64,000 nt of DNA from an uncultured candidate division Zixibacteria bacterium (lineage in GTDB: Bacteria; Zixibacteria; MSB-5A5; RBG-16-43-9), in the NCBI GenBank assembly GCA_963713865.1, contig OY970208.1, forward strand, positions 992,001-1,056,000, in the 5' to 3' direction. How positions within the stretch are numbered: position 1 is the first letter of the stretch; each line of letters opens with the position of its first letter. The position numbers were made by a program, and so were the translations under genes. Shown here piece by piece: positions 32,601-42,133 of the stretch. The notes beneath the pieces are model-generated. The model had not been told where the DNA came from. It made no database searches and was given only the letters and a program-made list of their open reading frames with translations.

Positions 32601-35256
32601 TATATTTGACGTTGCCGTGAATAATACCGGCAATATAGGATGAGTCTGTACTACCCCAATAATTATATGTTGCATCAACACTATCACCAGATTGCCAATA
32701 TATAGCCCAAGATATATTATTCATTATTTCAGAGTAATGACAGGAAGTAACCCCATTTACATGGTAAAACCCAACATTGTTCCCAATGATTTTAGAAGAG
32801 TCAATATCAAAAGTTGTCTCACCATAAGAGTAATTTGAGTAATCTATCGCATAAATACCATTTCCTGCATAATTTAAGACTTTTACGTTTTTAAGGTTAG
32901 CTGTGACATAGCCTTCTTGTCCTGCCCAATAAGTAGAATTGCTATATCCATATATCCCATCACCAGTACCGCCAGCGAGAGAATCCCCGTTCATGTTCAC
33001 TACAAGATAATTATCACCGCCCTGACCAGTATAAGAATTATGCACACCTGTCCCATACAGATACATCCCTCTGCTTCCACCTGTAATAACATTATTTCTT
33101 AAAGTTGCGGTTAGATGGCTAACCCCAAATGCATAGGACTCCAAAGATATGCCTGTCGATGCACCTGATATCGTATTATCTTCAATAACGGGGTTCGAGG
33201 TACCATCATATTCGGTTCCCAGTGAACGAATCTCAACCTCTATGCCGCTCCCTGAGCCAGTAAAGTTATTCGCCCTTATAACCGGATTGGCTACTCCACC
33301 ACCATTAGCTAAACTGTAAAATTTGTTGCTACTAAAAATGTTTCTCTCAACTAAAGGAGATGAATTCTGAGAGTAGACTCCATAGCTCACATTATTCAAG
33401 AAAGTACTATTCTTAATTATGGTGCTAGACTGGGAATAACAAGCGATACCATTTTCACTGTTATCATGTGCCCCACAGCTATCAACAATAGCATTGGAAT
33501 TGGATAATTTCAGTGCCGTGCCACCATAGGCTGCTGCCAATCTTATTATCCTATTTGTATCAGAAGGTTGGGAGTTTATTAGATAAATCGATCCCCATGA
33601 CCCCGCGCTTGGGGTGACTTGACTGAGAGGTTTCCAGGGCAACGTGTAAACGCTATCTCCGCTACTGCCTCCGATCCTAACATTTCCATAAATTAGTATG
33701 TCACATCTACCATTCGTACCTCCTGTGGTATCAAATTGACTTGCTTTGTCTGAGAGCTTTATCTTTGTTCCTCGTTCAATCGTTAGCGAAACCCCAGAAG
33801 GAAAAACAACATCGCCAATAATCTTCACTGAATCACGCCACGTCGTGTTCACGCCTATTAACCCAGAAACATATGAGGTATAGTATATGTTAGTATGGCT
33901 AGCATCAACCCACGGAGAATATTGATTAAACCCTCCTCCCAACCAGTAAAAGATGCTGTCTTCATAAATCGTGCCCCAATAATTATATCGTGCTTTAACA
34001 GGCATAGCATCAGCATATTGGTTTCCAACTCCATTGTCATAAATATCACAACCCAATTGAAGACTGTCACCAACTACAGCTTCGCAATTGTTTAAATAAA
34101 GACCCCAATTGTTGTTACTTTTCACTTGAGACCTTTTAATTTTTAGCTCGGAGTTGATGAAATATAGTCCCGTATTACATAATTCGATTTTAGATGAGTC
34201 GATATCAAAAGTTGTTTCACCGTAGGAGTAATTTGAGTAATCCATCGCATAGATACCATTTCCCGCATAGTTTGAGACTTTTACCTTTTTAAGGTTAGCT
34301 ATAACATAGCCCTTTTGTCCGCCCCAATAACTAGAATTGCTATATCCATATATCCCATCACCGCTACCACCGGTAAGAGAGTCCCTATCCATATTCACCA
34401 CAAGATAATTGTCACCACCCTGACCAGTCCCAGAATTATGCCCACCTATCCCATACAGATATATCCCTCTGCTCCCGCCAGCAATAACATTATTTCTTAA
34501 AGTCGCGGTTAGATGGTTAACCCCATATGCGTATGACTTCAAAGATATGCCTGTTGATGCACCTGATATCGTATTGTCTTCAACAACCGGGTTCGAGGTA
34601 CCGTTATATTCGGTTCCTAGAGAACGAATCTCAACCTCTATACCACTTCCTGAGCCAGCAAAACTATTCGCCCTTATAACCGGATTGGCTATACCACCAC
34701 CATTAGCTAAACTGTAAAACATGTCACCAGCAAATTCATTGCTTTCTATCAAAGGAGATGAATTCCTTGAATAAATACCGTCGCCTACATCTGAGGCATA
34801 GTTAGAATGAATCAAACAATTGGTTACCTTAAGATTTGTGTTATTGCAATAAATCCCACCGCCTCTACTATCTGATCCAGAACCATTGGCCCTACCATAC
34901 TCAATTCTGCAATAGTTCAATTGACTTGAACTATCCGCGTTGAGAAACCTGATTCCAAACCATCCGGTATCTGCATTTTGAGCAGTAAAAGTTATTGAAT
35001 CAGTCGGGGTTCCCACCGCAAGCAGAGTGGCTCCGGTATCCACAACTAATTTGTAATGTCCCTGAAACGTGAGACGACAGCCGGGTTCTATTACGAGTGT
35101 GGATTCTGACGGGACCCTCAATTCACCCATGACATTATAGGGGCTGTTGACAACATAAAGGGTACCCCAAATGTCACCTGAAATATCGGTTGCAGATACC
35201 TGTCGCGTAAAATAGCTAAAAAGCAAAATCACTAAAATTAATAACTTCTTACTCAT
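29683..35256 (-). CDS. 1857-aa secreted beta-helix repeat protein with CarboxypepD-reg-like, FN3-like and C-terminal dockerin-like domains
   Basis: GAGGAGG RBS; signal peptide; SPYNV.G.L.V...TL.IEPG and N.I..N repeats; internal duplication of about 185 aa; GDANRDGNLSVSDVVYLINYLFKGG..GDVNCD..PPPCS. Confidence 0.85.
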   Translation of the reverse strand: MSKKLLILVILLFSYFTRQVSATDISGDIWGTLYVVNSPYNVMGELRVPSESTLVIEPGCRLTFQGHYKLVVDTGATLLAVGTPTDSITFTAQNADTGWFGIRFLNADSSSQLNYCRIEYGRANGSGSDSRGGGIYCNNTNLKVTNCLIHSNYASDVGDGIYSRNSSPLIESNEFAGDMFYSLANGGGIANPVIRANSFAGSGSGIEVEIRSLGTEYNGTSNPVVEDNTISGASTGISLKSYAYGVNHLTATLRNNVIAGGSRGIYLYGIGGHNSGTGQGGDNYLVVNMDRDSLTGGSGDGIYGYSNSSYWGGQKGYVIANLKKVKVSNYAGNGIYAMDYSNYSYGETTFDIDSSKIELCNTGLYFINSELKIKRSQVKSNNNWGLYLNNCEAVVGDSLQLGCDIYDNGVGNQYADAMPVKARYNYWGTIYEDSIFYWLGGGFNQYSPWVDASHTNIYYTSYVSGLIGVNTTWRDSVKIIGDVVFPSGVSLTIERGTKIKLSDKASQFDTTGGTNGRCDILIYGNVRIGGSSGDSVYTLPWKPLSQVTPSAGSWGSIYLINSQPSDTNRIIRLAAAYGGTALKLSNSNAIVDSCGAHDNSENGIACYSQSSTIIKNSTFLNNVSYGVYSQNSSPLVERNIFSSNKFYSLANGGGVANPVIRANNFTGSGSGIEVEIRSLGTEYDGTSNPVIEDNTISGASTGISLESYAFGVSHLTATLRNNVITGGSRGMYLYGTGVHNSYTGQGGDNYLVVNMNGDSLAGGTGDGIYGYSNSTYWAGQEGYVTANLKNVKVLNYAGNGIYAIDYSNYSYGETTFDIDSSKIIGNNVGFYHVNGVTSCHYSEIMNNISWAIYWQSGDSVDATYNYWGSTDSSYIAGIIHGNVKYIPFLLCPGSRGTIAGNIRDASTQQNLEGVLVEALQNGTVRGANITNINGQYFIFDLCPSTYDLRASKSGYETQTQMGKNLIAGQTTTVDFQLTSSSIAHCRSVGNITICAKSILDLGGGDYKAQDSVWIGNLITLSQKTSDQGEKKSYIYLGDNAALTFNLQSGTVLTVSYSNVHLSAKGLDYEVSDLRSMTVDAQAGEVRFEGAVHYHKDAIFQNSFSGTYTLQVNSHRLLGTVKFDDNYFGAGSIGLNEGQWDLEGCPFFGIDAEINLISPLPFTELSCLNGRVTIGVFLNTGIFRIGLTDGAFEFTESGGAYGLDLTGLIAPPGIPSQGMIDIDPAHLRVNVVKDIPIGLPLPLLAVEQDSTHKANEDLIKGKIDWRSIKKVGINTYELIYSDQTGKRVPLVLADLGLTIKGEESYTDLNCNGRYDLGEPFEDEDQDGVWDEGTSFALIDEFQNPIFKAHGHATLDLTLAKYINFTCADAVMDIDFPTHNRIDLQIWTGLKLGNIFNVDLATGYLYLDFKDRKYYAGATLGDPYFDGLAFAVDLLVTFEPFEFSAKIKEDYKALGVDFLATDAVLRVDDQGFNSSCDLDAFHILNAQGQFAFRPTGMDIDGTFISDFHIDGWHLAQSNNMFHFGSNECFSVAGSSEYCIWKLCKNVPFSCRICSFTDWHVSLDGLTIGLGSPANLHVYDSQGRHTGINSKGGIDTQIPGSEFYKFNDVNQQLVYLPDPDLVGGYTIDVKGLVDSVFELNMLYPNKADGRAYNVSYFDKPTKKGALHRVNLDINNNWTMLNDLNGDSIFESQVKPDSIAQANLDSSMVTISQVSSRTSGDSAIVSWSTNLPATSKVLYRSVKDSLYKSVADTVHVISHNVSIDSLTIGTYYYLVSSVDASGNIASFLEKTLRFGYSVGDANRDGNLSVSDVVYLINYLFKGGPTLNPLEAGDVNCDGKVTVSDVVYLINYLFRGGPPPCS

Positions 35257-35295
35257 TTTTACCTCCTCTTTAAGGGGGGGATAATATATCTAATT

Positions 35296-35336
35296 AATAA
35301 AATTTTAACTCAAAAATTGAAAAAGTCAAGGAAAAT
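35296..35336 (-). promoter_or_regulatory. sigma70 promoter block, shared with 17480-17520
   Basis: Minus strand TTGACT-N16-TAAAAT; 38/41 identity to the other copy. Confidence 0.65.
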
Positions 35337-35375
35337 AACAGAGTTTTTCACAGTAGATGAAGCGGATTAAGCAGA

Positions 35376-35397
35376 GCCGAGAAACGGATCCATAGGA
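35376..35397 (-). mobile_element. 22-bp micro-element copy (TCCTATGGATCCGTTTCTCGGC on minus strand)
   Basis: Matches the other copies; lies within a gattaagcaga...tcagcttaatc inverted repeat. Confidence 0.6.
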
Positions 35398-35662
35398 TGA
35401 GAATAACTGATATCAGCTTAATCACATTAATCAGCTGTGATGTATGTTCTCCTCCTCTTGCGGGCAGTCTCGCCATAGGCGTTCTGCCTTAACTGAGGCT
35501 AAGACGCATTCAATGCGTCTCTCCAAAAACTGTATCATCTGCTACACCTTTTGTAGGAAAAGATTCAAATTTCAAATAATAGAAAGTTTAGCTAAAAATT
35601 AAAGAAGTTATATCTTCTTATTGTTAAACCAGTTAAGAAAAACTTTATTGGTTTTTTATTTT

Positions 35663-35677
35663 TGGCAGGAGTATTGC
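35663..35677 (+). promoter_or_regulatory. sigma54 (-24/-12) promoter
   Basis: TGGCAGGAGTATTGC with exact GG-N10-GC spacing, about 30 nt before 35705. Upstream imperfect palindrome tgtatcatctgctaca is a candidate enhancer. Confidence 0.75.
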
Positions 35678-35704
35678 GATATAGATTGTTTTGAATGGTA
35701 AAGG

Positions 35705-36718
35705 ATGAATATGGGAAAAGTCAAAATTATAGCAATGAGCTTGGTTTCAGTTCTGATAGTAGGAGTTGCAGTCCATGCGCGGAATTATCAGATTACCGGG
35801 GCTTTGGATTACAGGTTTATGTTTAATGATAATCAGAGCAAGATCAATAAAGATAATTTCTTGATTCATGGAGTTGAGGTGAACTTCAGATATATTTTTC
35901 AGGGTGAATCCGGTGATTGGGGGACTCTGGTTTTACAGGGTTCGTATTCTCCTGATTTTGATTTTTTCTCCAGGGAGTTTAATTACCATTACGGGGATAA
36001 GTATTTTGTTTTAAAAGGTCCTAAAGGGCAGGTAAATTTTAAAATCGGGAAGTTCGTGGTTCCCTTTGGAAACCTGCAGTATTATGTCTCTCATCTTTTA
36101 ATCCTTCAGCCAATGTTTCAAAGAAGCTTGGGAATAAGAGAGGATATAGGTATAGGAGTAAGCGGATATTTTAAGGATTATGAGTATGACCTGTCTTTTA
36201 CCAACGGACGGGGTGATGGAAGGATAAACTTCAAAAATGAAGGTTTGTTCGTATTCAGGCTCGGCAGAACAGATGGTGATCTGAAATATGGGCTTTCTTT
36301 TCTTTCAGGTGGAGCGCCGGAAGGTGAGTATATGATAGGAATGATGCACAAAGAGGACGAGAAGATTGCTTATGTTCACAAGAATAGATTGGGATTTGAT
36401 GTTCAATATCCTTATAGGGAATTTACTTTCAGAGGTGAGGCAGTTTTTGGTAGAGATGAGAAAATAAACGTTGGTGGGTTCTATTTAGGAACAGATTATG
36501 AGATTTCTCCTAAAATTTTAGCCAGCCTGAAATATGATTTCTGGGATCCGGATTTTAAGAATAAAGATTTCATAACGGATTTAGGATTTGGATTGAGCTA
36601 TCGCATCAATAAATACGTTACCCCCAGAATAGCTTATGAGAAAAGCTGGGCAAAAGATGAAATGGTAATGAGTGAAAGCACAGGGTTTTTTACTGTCCAG
36701 TTGAACTTAAATTTTTAA
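35705..36718 (+). CDS. Outer-membrane beta-barrel, porin-like
   Basis: Signal peptide; FKIGKFVVPFG, DIGIGVSG, SFTNGRG; C-terminal VQLNLNF. Confidence 0.75.
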   Translation: MNMGKVKIIAMSLVSVLIVGVAVHARNYQITGALDYRFMFNDNQSKINKDNFLIHGVEVNFRYIFQGESGDWGTLVLQGSYSPDFDFFSREFNYHYGDKYFVLKGPKGQVNFKIGKFVVPFGNLQYYVSHLLILQPMFQRSLGIREDIGIGVSGYFKDYEYDLSFTNGRGDGRINFKNEGLFVFRLGRTDGDLKYGLSFLSGGAPEGEYMIGMMHKEDEKIAYVHKNRLGFDVQYPYREFTFRGEAVFGRDEKINVGGFYLGTDYEISPKILASLKYDFWDPDFKNKDFITDLGFGLSYRINKYVTPRIAYEKSWAKDEMVMSESTGFFTVQLNLNF

Positions 36719-36725
36719 ATATAAA

Positions 36726-36783
36726 GTAGCGTTGCCACTCCTGTGGCAACGAACAAACGTCCTCACGGGAGTGAGGACGCTAC
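36726..36783. repeat. REP doublet
   Basis: gtagcgttgccactcctgtggcaacg...cgtcctcacgggagtgaggacgctac. Confidence 0.7.
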
Positions 36784-36806
36784 GGGAGCGAATAAAGGGT
36801 AAAAAG

Positions 36807-37406
36807 ATGAGTAATTTGAGATTCAAAATAATAAAAATCATACCAGTAATAGTTTTAAGTTTGGCTATCTATTTCCCACTATCCAGTTTTGCTGCGGTTT
36901 GTGTTTTCCGTTTTCCGGATAGAGATGTCTACAAGCTCTATCCCAAAGCTACCAATTATAAATCGGTTTTGAAAAAAGTGGACAAAACCGCCAAGGGGAA
37001 AATTGAGGCTTTGCTTGGCCAATCTTTAGAGGCAGATGAAACCGAGCTTACTTTCTATGAGATCTATAAAAGTAAGGATTTAATCGGTATGATTCACCCG
37101 CATGCGGAAAGGGGAGAATATGGCACTATCGAAGTTGTCTGGGCATTTGCCCCGGATGGTAAGATTATCGATTTTACAATCCAGAGGGATAGAGAGAAGA
37201 AAGGGAAGGAGCTTAATAGCCCAGCTTTCAGGAAACAGTTTACAGGCAAGGATATTAACTTTCCTTTTACAATCGAGAAGACCAGAGAAATAAACTCAAA
37301 GTTAATCAAGCCAGTGGATGGAGCAGAAAAAGGTTCCTCCGCCATTGCCTATGGGGCTAAAAAAACCTTAGCTTTTTATAAATTCCTTTTTCAGGAGGTA
37401 AAATAA
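36807..37406 (+). CDS. Periplasmic FMN-binding-domain-like (RnfG/NqrC-type) protein
   Basis: Signal peptide; GEYGTIEVVWAFAPDGKI; FRKQFTGK; PVDGAEKGSSAI (degenerate flavinylation region). Confidence 0.55.
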   Translation: MSNLRFKIIKIIPVIVLSLAIYFPLSSFAAVCVFRFPDRDVYKLYPKATNYKSVLKKVDKTAKGKIEALLGQSLEADETELTFYEIYKSKDLIGMIHPHAERGEYGTIEVVWAFAPDGKIIDFTIQRDREKKGKELNSPAFRKQFTGKDINFPFTIEKTREINSKLIKPVDGAEKGSSAIAYGAKKTLAFYKFLFQEVK

Positions 37407-37407
37407 A

Positions 37408-38572
37408 ATGAAATTCATCAAATTTGTCTTAAAGAACCTATTCAGGAACAAAGTCAGGACTCTTTTGACTATCCTTTCAATGTCTATCTCGGTTATGGTA
37501 TTGTTCTCTCTCCTTTCCTTTACTAAAGGATATGAAAAAGGGATGACTACTGAATTAGGTAAAATGGGTTATCAGATAATGGTTGTTCCCAGGGGTTGCC
37601 CTTATGAGGCGGCAACCTTTAGCTTTATCCGGAGGAAAAATCCCGAACTATTTCAGCTATTCGGTTTTAGATGAGGTTAAAAAGATTCTGGAGATAGAAA
37701 TATCTGCACCTTTCTTCATGTCAGCCATAATAAGACCGGATGAAGACCGGACTGATATCTACCTGGGGATGGACGAGACTATGTTTCAAATGAAAAGGTA
37801 CTGGAAGATAAAAGGGGGCTATTTCAAAGATGAAAATTCAATGATTATGGGTGGGGATGCGGCTTATATAGAACAGACGGATGAGCCGGGTCAGAAATTC
37901 TATGTCAAAGAAAAGGACCGGGAGTTTGAGGTAACCGGTATCTTGGAGAGGACCGGCACAAAAGATGATGGCTTCTTCTTTATTCCCTTAAAAGCAGCTC
38001 AGGAGATGTTCGGGCAAAAAGATAAGTTGACTGGAATAGCAATCAGGGTTAAGGACCCTACTCTAATCCCAACTGTAGTAGAGAAGTTAGAGAAATTACC
38101 GGATTCTCAGGTAATAACTATGTCCCAGCTTATGGGAACTATGATAAATCTGGTAGCTCAAGCCAAGACTTTAATCTTATCGATCATAATCATAGCCATA
38201 ATCATCAGCGCCTTAGGGGCTTTAAATACAGTCCTGATGTCGGTTTTCGAGCGAACCAGAGAGATCGGGGTAATGAGAGCTATGGGTGCAGGCAGGGAGC
38301 ATGTATTTCAATTAGTCTGGGTGGAGACCTTAGTGATGACATTAATAAGTGGAGTACTGGGAATAAGCATAGCCCTTGTAGGGATGAGATTGGTAGAGAG
38401 AATAATCAAAAGACTCCTCCCATTATCACCAGAAGGGAGTGTGGTCTCTTTTGATCTGAATATCCTTTTAATCTGTCTGGGGTTTGTCATTCTGGTCGGT
38501 TTAGTCGCAGGGATCTATCCAGCTTATCGAGCTTCAAAACTTAAACCGATAGAGGCGATCAGAACAGAATAA
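37408..38572 (+). CDS. MacB/FtsX-family ABC permease (+1 frameshift at about 37618)
   Basis: KNLFRNKVRTLLT, VPRGCPYEAA, SVFERTREIGVMRAMGA, YPAYRASKLKPIEAIRTE. The two ORFs join on removing one T; the adjacent paralog is intact. Confidence 0.88.
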
Positions 38573-38591
38573 TCCGAGAAACGGAGGAGAT

Positions 38592-39752
38592 ATGAATTTC
38601 TTTACTTTAGCCATTAAAAACCTTTTAAGAAGAAAGATCAGAACAACCCTTACCATATTGAGCGTGGCAATTGCCATCTCTATCCTTTTCAGCTTGCTGG
38701 CATTCAACCGGGGTTATGAAAAGGAGATGAAAAAAGAGTTAGCCTATTTAGGTTACCATATCTTAATCGTTCCTAAAGGGTGTCCTTATGAGGCGGCTTC
38801 ATTAGTATTACATGGAGGGAAATTTCCCAGGTATCTGAAAGATGAATATGTGGAAGAGATAAGAAAAGTGCAAGGAGTCAAAGAATCGGCCAGACTTTTT
38901 ATGAACTCCGAAACAGACTCTTTGTCCAAGGAGACTAAAATCTATTTTGGCATTGATCAGGATTATTTAAATTTTAAACCACGCTGGAAGTTCAAAGCGG
39001 GAGGATTTTTTACCAATGACCATTCGGTGGTGATCGGACAATATGTAGCTGAGAGTAAAAAGATAAAATTGGGGGATAAGGTTGAAGCTTTGGGAGAAGA
39101 GTTCATCGTTGCCGGAATCTTAGAGCAGACCGGGGATCAGGATGACGGGTTCTATTTTCTGCCTATTAAGACTCTTACCAGATTATCAGGCAAAGAAGGT
39201 CTTTTAGTGGCAGTTCCCATAAAAGTGGATGATCTTTCCAAAATAGAACAGATCGCAGAGAAGATAAGAGGAACAGAAAGCGATATGAATGTGGTTTCGA
39301 TGAAAGAGGTTACCGGTGCAATTATGGGTCTGGTCAGTTCCACCCGGGTTTTAATCTATGCGGTGGTTTTAATTGCTATTCTCGTGAGTGCAGTCGGGGT
39401 TTTAAACACTATTCTGATGTCAGTATTTGAACGCACCCGGGAGATTGGGATGATGAAAGCAGTTGGCTCTTCCAGGATAGATATATTCCGGCTGATCTGG
39501 TATGAAACCTTTATCGTCTGCATGACCGGAGGACTTTTGGGTTCATTTTTAGCAATAGTAGGTTCAAGCATAATAGAGAATTTTATTAAGAAGTTAATGC
39601 CTTATGCTCCTGGTGGTCAACTGATCTCAGCAGACCTTTTAGTAATAATTATTTCGGTTCTGTTTGCTTTGATTATGGGGATTTTAGCCGGGATTTATCC
39701 AGCTTACCGGGCTTCAAATCTAAGGCCGATTGAAGCTATTAGAACCGAATAG
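38592..39752 (+). CDS. MacB/FtsX-family ABC permease
   Basis: KNLLRRKIRT, VPKGCPYEAA, SVFERTREIGMMKAVG, PIEAIRTE. Confidence 0.92.
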   Translation: MNFFTLAIKNLLRRKIRTTLTILSVAIAISILFSLLAFNRGYEKEMKKELAYLGYHILIVPKGCPYEAASLVLHGGKFPRYLKDEYVEEIRKVQGVKESARLFMNSETDSLSKETKIYFGIDQDYLNFKPRWKFKAGGFFTNDHSVVIGQYVAESKKIKLGDKVEALGEEFIVAGILEQTGDQDDGFYFLPIKTLTRLSGKEGLLVAVPIKVDDLSKIEQIAEKIRGTESDMNVVSMKEVTGAIMGLVSSTRVLIYAVVLIAILVSAVGVLNTILMSVFERTREIGMMKAVGSSRIDIFRLIWYETFIVCMTGGLLGSFLAIVGSSIIENFIKKLMPYAPGGQLISADLLVIIISVLFALIMGILAGIYPAYRASNLRPIEAIRTE

Positions 39753-39767
39753 CTATAGGAGAAGAAA

Positions 39768-40469
39768 ATGACAAAAGAACTATTTAACTTAGAAGAAATA
39801 ACTAAGATTTATAGGAGAGGTAAAGAAGAAATTAAAGGGGTGAATGGGATTACTCTGAAAATTAAAAAAGGTGAGTATATTTCCATCCTGGGTCCTTCAG
39901 GTGCAGGCAAGACTACATTCTTAAATATGTTGGGTTGTATAGACTCTCCAACTTCTGGAAAATTGATTTTTAATAAAGATAATGGAGACAAACTTGATCT
40001 TACTGATATGAAGGAGAATAGACTGGATGAGTTCAGAAGAGAAAATATCGGTTTTGTTTTTGCTGACTTTTTTTTGATTCCTTCTTTAACTGCAACTGAG
40101 AATGTAGAATTACCCCTGCTTTTTTCCAGTGATAAAAAAGTTGAGCAGGATTATTCTAAAAAGGTATTAGAGACTGTAGGTTTGGGTCACAGGCTTACTC
40201 ATAAACCGTTGCATCTTTCAGGTGGGGAGATGCAGAGGGTCGCAGTTGCCCGCTCCATTGTAAACAGACCAAAAGTCCTTTTAGCAGATGAGCCGACTGC
40301 CAATCTGGATACTGGGAACAGCGAGGTCATCTTTAATCTGTTCGAAGAGCTGAACTCTAAGGGGATGACAGTAATTGTGGCAACTCATGCAGAGGAGTTA
40401 GCCCGTAGGGCTAAAAGGATAATCTTTCTTCTGGATGGTAAGATCGTTGAGGATAAAGGAGGAAGATAA
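39768..40469 (+). CDS. LolD/MacB-type ABC ATP-binding protein
   Basis: GPSGAGKT, LSGGEMQR, LLADEPT, ATH. Confidence 0.93.
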   Translation: MTKELFNLEEITKIYRRGKEEIKGVNGITLKIKKGEYISILGPSGAGKTTFLNMLGCIDSPTSGKLIFNKDNGDKLDLTDMKENRLDEFRRENIGFVFADFFLIPSLTATENVELPLLFSSDKKVEQDYSKKVLETVGLGHRLTHKPLHLSGGEMQRVAVARSIVNRPKVLLADEPTANLDTGNSEVIFNLFEELNSKGMTVIVATHAEELARRAKRIIFLLDGKIVEDKGGR

Positions 40470-40470
40470 A

Positions 40471-41139
40471 ATGAATAATTATGCTATACAGGGTGAAGGT
40501 CTGACTAAGATTTATCAAAGGGGGAGTGAAAAGCTCTACGCTTTAAAAGAAGTAAACTTCCAGATAAGTCCGGGTGAAATAGTCTCAATAGTTGGCAGGT
40601 CAGGCTCTGGAAAGACGACTCTTTTGAATATGATCGGATGTCTGGATACACTATCAGAGGGAACCCTATATATTGGAGATATAGAGGTATTTAAACTAAA
40701 AGAGAAAGATTTGATTAAGGTGAGAAGGGAAAATATAGGTTTTGTTTTTCAACTGTTTTATTTAGTCCCCACCTTAACTGCTTATGAAAATGCACTTTTG
40801 CCTTTACTTTTCAGTCGCAGGTTAGATAAGAAAGAGAAAGTTAAAGAGATTTTCCAGAAAGTGGGGTTAGGGGAACGGTTAAATATGCTTCCTTCAGAGC
40901 TGGATGGTGGGGATATGCAAAGAATAGCTATAGCCCGGGCCTTAGTAAATGAGCCAAAAATAATCCTGGCAGATGAGCCTACGGGAAGGTTAGAATCCAA
41001 GTCCAAAGAAAACATTTTCGGTCTTTTTAAAAAATTGACTGAAGAAGGATTAGCTATAGTGATAGCTACTCATGACCTGGACTTGGCCTCCAGAGCTGAC
41101 AGGATGATAAGGTTAAAAGATGGAATGGTGGTTAATTAA
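40471..41139 (+). CDS. LolD/MacB-type ABC ATP-binding protein with degenerate signature
   Basis: [25 protein letters not shown] in place of LSGGQ; ILADEPT. Confidence 0.9.
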   Translation: MNNYAIQGEGLTKIYQRGSEKLYALKEVNFQISPGEIVSIVGRSGSGKTTLLNMIGCLDTLSEGTLYIGDIEVFKLKEKDLIKVRRENIGFVFQLFYLVPTLTAYENALLPLLFSRRLDKKEKVKEIFQKVGLGERLNMLPSELDGGDMQRIAIARALVNEPKIILADEPTGRLESKSKENIFGLFKKLTEEGLAIVIATHDLDLASRADRMIRLKDGMVVN

Positions 41140-41177
41140 TCTATACGGTTTTAGAAAAAGTGGAAGAGAATCGAATT

Positions 41178-41249
41178 CCCTCTCTCCCTGTGGGAGAGGG
41201 TTAGGGTGAGGGGTCACCCTCCCCTTACCCCTCCCATCAAGGGAGGGGT
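41178..41249. repeat. CCCTC-type REP-like palindrome pair
   Basis: ccctctctccctgtgggagagggttagggtgagggg...cccctcccatcaagggagggg. Confidence 0.65.
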
Positions 41250-41293
41250 AGCTGATTTGGAGTTTTTTATAAATTATAGAAGGAGGTGAGAAG

Positions 41294-41542
41294 ATGAAGA
41301 AGATCTGGTTGATAGTCACAGGGGTAATAATAATTTTAGTTCTGCTCCTGGGATTTTCCACTGGCTTTTTTGGTAATAAAGGGGATAAAACGCCCAAGAT
41401 GGCTGTTTGTCCAGTATGTAAGATGAAAGTCTTAATTACTGAAGAGACTCCTTCTTATATATATAAAGGAAAAACCTATTATTTTATGAATGAGGAACAC
41501 AAGAGCATCTTTGTGGAAGATCCGGAAAGGTTTATAAAATAG
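41294..41542 (+). CDS. Membrane-anchored YHS-domain protein
   Basis: AAGGAGGTG RBS; CPVCKM...YKGKTYYF...F.EDPERF. Confidence 0.85.
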   Translation: MKKIWLIVTGVIIILVLLLGFSTGFFGNKGDKTPKMAVCPVCKMKVLITEETPSYIYKGKTYYFMNEEHKSIFVEDPERFIK

Positions 41543-41575
41543 ACAATTAACTTAATAACTTTTAAGGAGGTTGAA

Positions 41576-42133
41576 ATGAAAAGGTCAAGTTTAATAACTC
41601 TAGCGATTTTAACAGGAATAGTTTTCCTGTATCTATCTTTTGCTATCGGTGGACAGGATACAACCAAAGTTAGCAGCCATAAGATAACTAAAGAAGAAAT
41701 AGGTAAAGATTTTACCTGTGTGATGTGCAATATGAAAGGGAAGGTTTCGAAAAATACCCCAGCTCTGGATTATCAGGGCAAGACCTATTATTTCTGCAGT
41801 GCTGGAGAGAAGATACCTTTTTCTGAGGATCCGGAAAAGTATATATCTCCAGAGAGTGCTGATAGTTTGAAGCTAAGTTACGCAGAACACAAGATAACGG
41901 ATGAGGAATTGGGCAAAGAGGCGACCTGCCCGGTTATGAAGAGGAGTTTCACTATTTCTAAAGATACTCCGGCTATAGAATTTAAAGGAGAAATTTACTA
42001 TTTCTGCTGCCCTGGCTGTATAAAGAAGTTCATAGACTCCCAGACAGATTCAGATTCTCTAAAGGTTGCGCCTGATTCTCTTCATCATGATAAGAGTACA
42101 GAAAGTAGTCATACACATAAAGGATGCTGTTGA
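41576..42133 (+). CDS. Secreted tandem YHS-domain protein with His/Cys-rich tail
   Basis: CVMC...YQGKTYYFCS and CPVM...FKGEIYYFCCPGC; ends HHDKSTESSHTHKGCC. Confidence 0.85.
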   Translation: MKRSSLITLAILTGIVFLYLSFAIGGQDTTKVSSHKITKEEIGKDFTCVMCNMKGKVSKNTPALDYQGKTYYFCSAGEKIPFSEDPEKYISPESADSLKLSYAEHKITDEELGKEATCPVMKRSFTISKDTPAIEFKGEIYYFCCPGCIKKFIDSQTDSDSLKVAPDSLHHDKSTESSHTHKGCC

